Below, piece after piece: positions 58,609 through 64,000 of a stretch of DNA of 64,000 bases (positions are counted from its first letter, which is position 1; the number at the start of each line of letters is the position of its first letter). The stretch is taken from NCBI GenBank assembly GCA_034723315.1, contig JAYEOV010000017.1, positions 6,612-70,611 on the forward strand, written 5' to 3'. This DNA comes from Candidatus Omnitrophota bacterium (GTDB lineage: Bacteria; Omnitrophota; Gorgyraeia; Tantalellales; Tantalellaceae). The position numbers and the translations under genes are program-made. The notes beneath the pieces were generated by a model, which worked only from the letters and a program-made list of their open reading frames with translations, did not search any database and was not told the origin of the DNA.

Positions 58609-60225
58609 ATGCCGAGGAAAAAGAAACTCAACAAAACGGCAAAAGAGAAAAAGAAGGAAGTCCACCGGGAAGAAGCGGAGCAGAAGGATGACCACGAGAC
58701 GAGCAGGTCAGCCGTTCTCCGTAAACTTATCAGGGCCGGCAAAGACAAAGGTTACCTCAGTTACGATGAGGTAAACGAGATTCTGCCGGAGGAGGTAGTC
58801 TCTTCCGACGAGATAGAAGAGGTGATAACCGCCCTTCACAGCGCGGACATAAAAGTTGTGGATTCAGAAGAGGAGGTGGAAAGGATCCCGCTGGCTGTAA
58901 AGAGGGATCGGGAGAAGCTGAAGGCGCGTAAATTCGTCCAGATAGACGACCCTGTCAAGATGTACCTGAAACAGATGGGACAGATCCCGCTTTTGAGCCG
59001 CGGCGAAGAACTGGATCTCGCGAAACGTATCAAAAAGAAAGAGAAAGAGTACAAAGAGATAGTCTTCAGGATAAAGATGGGCAGGGAGCTTGCCCTTGAG
59101 TCGATAGAAGAAGCTCTGGACAATGATTATAATCTGGATGATGTTCTCGATGTGGACCCCGGAGCCGATTACAACAAGCTGGAAAAACGGAAAAGGCTCC
59201 TGATAAGACGTCTCCGGCTTTCCAGGAAGCTGGAGACCGTAAAGAAGCTGATGAACAAGCTTAGGGTTGCGGTGACGCTTACCGAAAAGGTAGCCGAAGA
59301 TATCACTCAACCCATGGAGCAAGCGAAGAGCCTCAAGAACAAGGTCGACAGGCTTAAGAAAGAGCGTGGCAAAAAAGAGCTAAAAGCCGCGCAAAACCAG
59401 ATGAGGAAACTGCTAAGCCAGTTGGGCAGGCCCGCTGACCGGATAGTCGATGATACGGACGAGCTCAAGGATATCAGGGCACAGTACATAAAGGCAAAGA
59501 AAGAGCTTGTAGCTGCCAACCTGAGGCTTGTCGTGAGTATCGCCAAAAAGTATACCAACAGGGGCCTTTCATTTTTGGACCTCATACAGGAAGGGAATAT
59601 GGGGCTGATGAAGGCGGTGGATAAGTTCGAGTATGAAAGAGGATATAAATTCAGCACTTACGCGACCTGGTGGATACGCCAGGCTATAACACGTTCGATA
59701 GCGGACCAATCAAGGACTATCCGCATCCCGGTGCACATGACCGAGACGATAAACAAACTGGTAAGGGTTTCAAGGGCTCTTGTGCAGGAAAACGGAAGGG
59801 AACCTACGCCCGAAGAGATATCCTCGGCGATGAAGATCCCCGCAGAAAAGGTAAGAGGCATCATCAAGATCGCGCAGCACCCGATCTCGCTGGAAACACC
59901 CATAGGGGATGAGGGTGACACCAGCTTCGGGGATTTTATTGAGGACAAGGCCGCTATTTCTCCCGCGAATGCCACTGCCTACGCGATGCTTAAAGAACAG
60001 ATGGACGATGTTCTGGAGACGCTCACGGAACGCGAGCGGAAAGTTTTAACACTCAGGTTCGGCATAGGCGATGGATATACGCGGACACTGGAAGAAGTGG
60101 GCAAAATATTCAACGTGACGAGGGAAAGGGTCCGCCAGATAGAGGCGAAGGCCCTGAAAAAGTTAAGACATCCGATAAGGGCCAAGAAACTTAAGAATTT
60201 TCTTGATATTGGTTTCTCGGAATAA
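58609..60225 (+). CDS. rpoD: RNA polymerase primary sigma factor RpoD (sigma-70)
   Basis: Regions 1.2-4 are present: [38 protein letters not shown] (region 2) and [29 protein letters not shown] (region 4.2). It follows dnaG in the conserved order. Confidence 0.95.
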   Translation: MPRKKKLNKTAKEKKKEVHREEAEQKDDHETSRSAVLRKLIRAGKDKGYLSYDEVNEILPEEVVSSDEIEEVITALHSADIKVVDSEEEVERIPLAVKRDREKLKARKFVQIDDPVKMYLKQMGQIPLLSRGEELDLAKRIKKKEKEYKEIVFRIKMGRELALESIEEALDNDYNLDDVLDVDPGADYNKLEKRKRLLIRRLRLSRKLETVKKLMNKLRVAVTLTEKVAEDITQPMEQAKSLKNKVDRLKKERGKKELKAAQNQMRKLLSQLGRPADRIVDDTDELKDIRAQYIKAKKELVAANLRLVVSIAKKYTNRGLSFLDLIQEGNMGLMKAVDKFEYERGYKFSTYATWWIRQAITRSIADQSRTIRIPVHMTETINKLVRVSRALVQENGREPTPEEISSAMKIPAEKVRGIIKIAQHPISLETPIGDEGDTSFGDFIEDKAAISPANATAYAMLKEQMDDVLETLTERERKVLTLRFGIGDGYTRTLEEVGKIFNVTRERVRQIEAKALKKLRHPIRAKKLKNFLDIGFSE

Positions 60226-60300
60226 AATGAACGTTCCTTTTCCGGACCGGCTGTACGGATCAACAGAAATGTAGATATTATTTTTTAATAAAACATTTAA

Positions 60301-60424
60301 GGATCCATTTCATAACCCCGTTCATTGCGAGGCTGAGCGAAAAAGCCATTAACTTGTTGCTCCAAAAACGCAGTCAATGATTTTTGCAGCCAGCGGAAGT
60401 AGAACAGGGTTATGAAATGGGTTC
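60301..60424. mobile_element. MITE-like element, short variant (about 124 bp), with terminal inverted repeats CCATTTCATAACCCCGTTC ... GAACAGGGTTATGAAATGG
   Basis: Both ends read directly. The internal ends match the long variant at 63274-63451 in inverted orientation (gaggctgagcgaaaaagccattaac; cagtcaatgatttttgcagccagcgg). Confidence 0.7.
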
Positions 60425-60440
60425 TAAGGAAGGAGAGGAG

Positions 60441-60668
60441 ATGCAGGACATAAACGTAGAACTTTTCATCCCGGGGGAACTCAAGGACGAACCGATCATA
60501 TGCCACATAATAAAGAACTTCAATATCACCTTGAAGATCGTTGAAGCGTCTTTTTCGACCGAAAGCGGCTGGGCTTATCTTATCCTGAACGGCGAGAAAA
60601 GTGAAATAGACAGGGTTTTTGACTTCCTCCGCGGCAAAGGGATAAACGTTCAGATCAGAGAGAAATAA
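60441..60668 (+). CDS. Stand-alone NIL-domain-like small protein
   Basis: 75 aa. INVELFIPGELKDEPIICHIIKNFNITLKIVEASFSTESGWAYLILNGEKSEIDRVFDFLRGKGINV resembles NIL (MetN C-terminal-type ferredoxin-like) domains. The ORF-track start at 60384 runs into the MITE, so the ATG at 60441 with an AGGAGAGGAG SD is preferred. Confidence 0.5.
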   Translation: MQDINVELFIPGELKDEPIICHIIKNFNITLKIVEASFSTESGWAYLILNGEKSEIDRVFDFLRGKGINVQIREK

Positions 60669-60749
60669 AGCGCCAGGCGGATCATTTATCGATCCCCGCG
60701 TTTCAGGCCGGATACCGATTTTCCTTTGCTTTTGTTTTTATTTCCAACG

Positions 60750-61496
60750 ATGAAACGCGTAAAATTTTTGCATGATGGCTGCGCATACAACGGTGTTCTT
60801 AACGGCGATGCGGTGTATGCAGACGCGCCGTGTGAAGGAGCCGGACAATTTGATCTTGGCCGGATCACACTTCTTGCCCCTGTGGAACCTTCAAAAATAG
60901 TCCTGGTCGGGCTTAATTACAGGGATCACGCGAGGGAGCTCGGTATGCCGGTCCCGGAAGAGCCCATTATTTTTTTGAAACCTCCTACCGCCGTTATCGG
61001 CCCTTCCCAGGAAATATTTTATCCCGGTTGTTCTTTCAGGGTCGATTATGAAGCGGAACTCGGAGTGGTTATAAAGGACAGAATAAGGGGTATCGGAAAG
61101 GAGGAAGCGGCTGACCATATAGCGGGATATACGTGTTTGAACGATGTCACAGCGAGGGATCTGCAGAAGAAGGACACGCAATGGAGCAGGGCGAAATCTT
61201 TCGATACATTTGCCCCCGTGGGTCCGTGGATAGAGACGGATCTTGATCCGTCCGATCTCAGGATATGTTCATATCTTAACGGGGAATTAAAGCAGGATTC
61301 CAGAACATCCGAGTTCGTTTTCAGCGTCCCGGAGCTGGTAGAGTTCATTTCGGGGATAATGACCTTGCTACCCGGTGATGTAATAGCTACAGGGACTCCG
61401 CCGGGGACCGGGCCGATGAACCCGGGTGACGAAGTGGTTATCGAGATCGAGGGTATCGGCAGGCTGGCTAACCGGGTATGTGCCGGAAAGGTTTGA
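60750..61496 (+). CDS. Fumarylacetoacetate hydrolase (FAH)-family protein
   Basis: KIVLVGLNYRDHARELGMPVPEEPIIFLKPPTAVIGPSQEIFYP...YEAELGVVI...GDVIATGTPPG is the FAH-fold signature. Confidence 0.85.
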   Translation: MKRVKFLHDGCAYNGVLNGDAVYADAPCEGAGQFDLGRITLLAPVEPSKIVLVGLNYRDHARELGMPVPEEPIIFLKPPTAVIGPSQEIFYPGCSFRVDYEAELGVVIKDRIRGIGKEEAADHIAGYTCLNDVTARDLQKKDTQWSRAKSFDTFAPVGPWIETDLDPSDLRICSYLNGELKQDSRTSEFVFSVPELVEFISGIMTLLPGDVIATGTPPGTGPMNPGDEVVIEIEGIGRLANRVCAGKV

Positions 61497-61503
61497 TCCA
61501 TAG

Positions 61504-61956
61504 ATGAGAATTGTGCTGCAGAGAGTCAATGAGGCCTCTGTCGTTGTCGAAGGGACAGAGATATCCGCTATTGAAAGAGGTTTTCTGCTGCTGGTCGGTG
61601 TCGGAAAAGGCGATACCCGGGAAACGGCCGCGGCGATGGCGGCAAAGATAAGTAAACTGAGGGTATTTCAGGACGAGAACGGAAAGATGAACCTCGATCT
61701 GAAACAGGTCCGCGGAGAGGTGTTAAGCGTCCCTCAGTTCACTCTCCTGGGGAACACCGGCAAAGGCAACAGGCCCGGTTTTGACGCCGCCGCCGCTCCT
61801 CAGGAGGCGAAGATATTGTGGAAAAAATTCAACGAAGATATTCGTTCCACGGGTATACCCGTTAAGGAAGGGGAGTTCAGCGCATGTATGGAGGTGAAGC
61901 TCGTCAACGACGGTCCCGTGACTTTTGTGATGGATTCGGAGCAGGTCAGGGCCTGA
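61504..61956 (+). CDS. dtd: D-aminoacyl-tRNA deacylase
   Basis: MRIVLQRVNEASVVVEGTEISAIERGFLLLVGVGKGDT...SVPQFTL...GNRPGF are signature Dtd motifs. Confidence 0.9.
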   Translation: MRIVLQRVNEASVVVEGTEISAIERGFLLLVGVGKGDTRETAAAMAAKISKLRVFQDENGKMNLDLKQVRGEVLSVPQFTLLGNTGKGNRPGFDAAAAPQEAKILWKKFNEDIRSTGIPVKEGEFSACMEVKLVNDGPVTFVMDSEQVRA

Positions 61957-62011
61957 TCCTCGATTTGGTTCTCTCACACTGCGGTGCTCGCGTGTCGATA
62001 AGGAGGGATAA

Positions 62012-62479
62012 ATGAGTTTTGTTACCGGGGAAGGAATAGCGGCTTTTACCGAAAACTTTATATCGAAAAAACACCAGGTTAAGCCATATAGCCTGGAGCT
62101 GACTGTAGCGAAGGTTTTTCTGGTAAGAAAAGGAGGGGATATAGATTTTGGGGGCAGTGAGCAGAAAGAAGCGATCCTTCATGAACTTGCGCCGGTCAGG
62201 AGAAGCTCCGAAGCTAAGTACGGATGGTGGAACATGGCGGCAGGTGAATATGTCGTAAAGTTCAATGAAAAAGCCAGGATACCAGATAATTGTATCGGCA
62301 TTGTCCAGCCGCTTTTGAGGACGTTAAAAGCGGGGGTCATTCACCCCACGCTGTTTTTAACGGGTGGGGAAGAAACGGATATGACGGTTCTGAGCGTCGG
62401 CAGAGGGGGATTTAATATAAAGGAGAACGCGAGGATATCGTCGCTTATGGGTATGATAAATAGGAGGGACCATGGATAA
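62012..62479 (+). CDS. dCTP deaminase / dUTPase-superfamily-like protein (tentative)
   Basis: 155 aa beta-rich. It has weak resemblance to Dcd-type jelly-roll motifs (YSLELTV...; AGEYVVKFNEKARIPDNCIGIV...RTLKAGV). The assignment is weak. Confidence 0.3.
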   Translation: MSFVTGEGIAAFTENFISKKHQVKPYSLELTVAKVFLVRKGGDIDFGGSEQKEAILHELAPVRRSSEAKYGWWNMAAGEYVVKFNEKARIPDNCIGIVQPLLRTLKAGVIHPTLFLTGGEETDMTVLSVGRGGFNIKENARISSLMGMINRRDHG

Positions 62480-62744
62480 AATAATTATTGAGAAACCGGA
62501 TGACAGCAGGCTGGAAGAGCTCGGGGTCAGTTCATGGCCGGTATGGAGAAAAGAGGTCTCGCGTTTTCCATGGAGCTACGACGAACAGGAAACATGTTAT
62601 ATCCTGGAAGGAAGCGCGAAAGTGGAACCGGACCGTGGTGAATCAGTGGAGTTTGGCGCCGGGGATATGGTGATATTCCCGAAAGGGATGAACTGCACCT
62701 GGGAAATAACAGCTCCCATACGGAAACACTATAAAATGGGTTAA
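62472..62744 (+). CDS. Small cupin-domain protein (cupin_3/DUF861-like)
   Basis: ETCYILEGSAKVEPDRGESVEFGAGDMVIFPKGMNCTWEI is a single cupin beta-barrel motif. Confidence 0.6.
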   Translation: MDKIIIEKPDDSRLEELGVSSWPVWRKEVSRFPWSYDEQETCYILEGSAKVEPDRGESVEFGAGDMVIFPKGMNCTWEITAPIRKHYKMG

Positions 62745-62774
62745 ACCCACAGGGCAGAAGACAGAGAGGGTCGT

Positions 62775-63263
62775 ATGAAGACGGAATATTTAAGAAACAC
62801 AGTTTTACTGTTCCTGTTGGCGACATTTATTTTTACCGGCAATGATTCACGTGCGGGTCTTTCGGTAGATAATGAAAGCATGGGCATGGGGATGCCTTTT
62901 GGCGGCGTTTCCGGAGAAGCCGATATTGATCTTTGCCCTCAGGGAGCGCATGTGATATCTTTTTTCCTGTCAGCCTGGCAGAAAGGCGACTACAAGACGA
63001 TGTACGATCTTATTGACAGTAAAAGCAGGGAGGGCTACCCCTTTGACCAGGCCAGGTTCGATTTTCAATTTCTTGAATTCAAGGAATATAAGATCAGTTC
63101 TGTAAGAAAGAGCGGAGAGAATTTCGAATTCATGTTAAGTTATGGAGATTGGAAAAGTGGGAATAAGGAGCTTATAAAATTCCTGATCGACGGCAAGACT
63201 TACAGGATCATCATGCTCACAAAAAATTGCCCGTTCAAGGTTTCCGCGGACAGTTATTTTTAG
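62775..63263 (+). CDS. Secreted hypothetical protein
   Basis: Signal peptide MKTEYLRNTVLLFLLATFIFTGNDSRA. No recognised domain. Confidence 0.45.
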   Translation: MKTEYLRNTVLLFLLATFIFTGNDSRAGLSVDNESMGMGMPFGGVSGEADIDLCPQGAHVISFFLSAWQKGDYKTMYDLIDSKSREGYPFDQARFDFQFLEFKEYKISSVRKSGENFEFMLSYGDWKSGNKELIKFLIDGKTYRIIMLTKNCPFKVSADSYF

Positions 63264-63273
63264 GATCGGTTTA

Positions 63274-63451
63274 GAACCCATTTCATAACTCTGTTCTACT
63301 GCGGCTGGCTGCAAAACCCATTGACCGCGTTTTCGGGGCAAAATGTCCTCAACGTAGCGCATCGGCTACGTTTCCGGGCATTTTGCCCCTCAGGCCTTGT
63401 CAATGGCCTTTTCGCTCAGCCTCGTAACGAACGGTGTTATGAAATGGGTTC
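63274..63451. mobile_element. MITE-like element, long variant (178 bp), with ends GAACCCATTTCATAACTCTGTTC ... GAACGGTGTTATGAAATGGGTTC and an internal about 70-bp palindrome
   Basis: Ends read directly. The internal segment ggggcaaaatg...cgtagc-gcatcg-gctacg...cattttgcccc is self-complementary. The small ORFs called here on both strands are repeat artefacts. Confidence 0.7.
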
Positions 63452-63564
63452 TAAAGATTCACCTTTAATTATTCAACTTAACGGTATAGTATATGTACCT
63501 GGCAGGTTATAAGCGAAACCGGATTACTAGTAGTGCTTGAAATTGTAATATTTGGGAGGGATAT

Positions 63565-64000
63565 ATGGCGGAAATAAAGAGCATAGGAATTATTACCAGC
63601 GGAGGGGATTGCGGTGGTTTGAACGCGGTAGTAAAAGGCGCCGGGGAGATGGCTAACAGCCTGGGGATCAGATGTTTTGTTTTACCAAACGGATACGCCG
63701 GGCTGTATAACCTGGTCGATTTTGATGAACTTATCGAGTTGACGGTCGAACGGCTGGACCGTATCAACGCCAGTCCCGCCGGCTCGGAGGCCGGTCATTC
63801 CCGGGTAAAGATCAAAAAGATAGAAGACGATAAGAAATACGAGCGCATAAAAAAAGGTCTTAAGAAGTTCAAAATAGACGGTCTCGTCATCAGCGGCGGT
63901 GATGATACGGGAAGCGTTATGGTTGACCTTCACAGTAACGGTATTGCCTGTGTGCACGCGCCAAAGACCATGGATCTTGACCTGCAGACCTATTCTGTCG
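63565..64000 (+). CDS. pfkA: 6-phosphofructokinase (ATP- or PPi-dependent), 3' end truncated by the window edge
   Basis: MAEIKSIGIITSGGDCGGLNAVVKG...GLVISGGDDTGSV is the PFK N-terminal signature. A GGGAGGG SD precedes the ATG. Confidence 0.85.
   Translation, partial: MAEIKSIGIITSGGDCGGLNAVVKGAGEMANSLGIRCFVLPNGYAGLYNLVDFDELIELTVERLDRINASPAGSEAGHSRVKIKKIEDDKKYERIKKGLKKFKIDGLVISGGDDTGSVMVDLHSNGIACVHAPKTMDLDLQTYSV

Noticed and set aside
60297-60506. Small ORFs 60297-60506(-), 60384-60668(+ N-terminal extension), 63135-63362(-) and 63321-63512(+) with shared YEMGSK peptides
   Set aside because: The shared peptides arise from translating the two MITE copies in both orientations. Only the NIL-domain ORF from ATG 60441 is retained.

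Overview
This 64 kb window comes from a Gram-negative-type bacterium (Lnt, MurJ, ExbB/ExbD/TonB-like and UppP are present) with a GC-rich core genome. It is almost completely co-directional: about 60 genes on the + strand and a single gene on the - strand. Recognisable core genes, in order: murJ, uvrC, prfB (with the canonical programmed +1 frameshift), secA, lnt, an ECF sigma factor, a DHH-CBS-poly(A)-polymerase-family fusion, DUF503-rbfA-nrnA-truB-ribF-rpsO-pnp, dut, uppP, ftsK, a rodZ-like gene, rimO-pgsA-pgpA, a two-component/c-di-GMP signalling block, metE, uvrA, a large TPR protein, exbB-exbD-tonB-like, an HDAC-like gene, tRNA-Ala(CGC), a MEMO1+AMMECR1 fusion, rsmE, mtaB, cvpA, a nif3-like gene, dnaG-rpoD, an FAH-family gene, dtd and the start of a phosphofructokinase. 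Between these, the window holds a dense set of small selfish or repeated elements, most of them AT-rich against the roughly 55-60% GC core. (1) A REP-associated tyrosine transposase (RAYT) gene is flanked by an inverted REP doublet and a tandem REP doublet, with a second REP cluster 20 kb away. (2) An IS200/IS605-like Y1 transposase gene is bounded by perfect 29-bp terminal inverted repeats. It is inserted between metE and an XRE-cupin regulator gene and supplies the last codons of both. A 76-bp MITE derivative carrying the same ends sits at the 3' end of mtaB, so MetE and MtaB end in the identical tail KGSSLKI. (3) A DUF559 endonuclease-like ORF is bracketed by perfect 28-bp inverted repeats and preceded by three tandem repeats of about 28 bp. 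(4) A second MITE family with CCATTTCATAAC ends occurs in two size variants. (5) Several other dispersed palindromic repeat families are present. (6) An AT-rich island of about 6 kb encodes an excisionase-like HTH protein, a divergent aldehyde dehydrogenase, a short GMC-type flavoprotein and a 7TM-GAF histidine kinase. (7) A cluster of genes for a secreted protein, a zinc-ribbon membrane protein, a covalent-FMN-type FMN-binding protein and a signal-peptide-bearing MEMO1+AMMECR1 fusion suggests an extracytoplasmic flavin-dependent system that I cannot assign to a described pathway. No rRNA genes or CRISPR arrays were seen.
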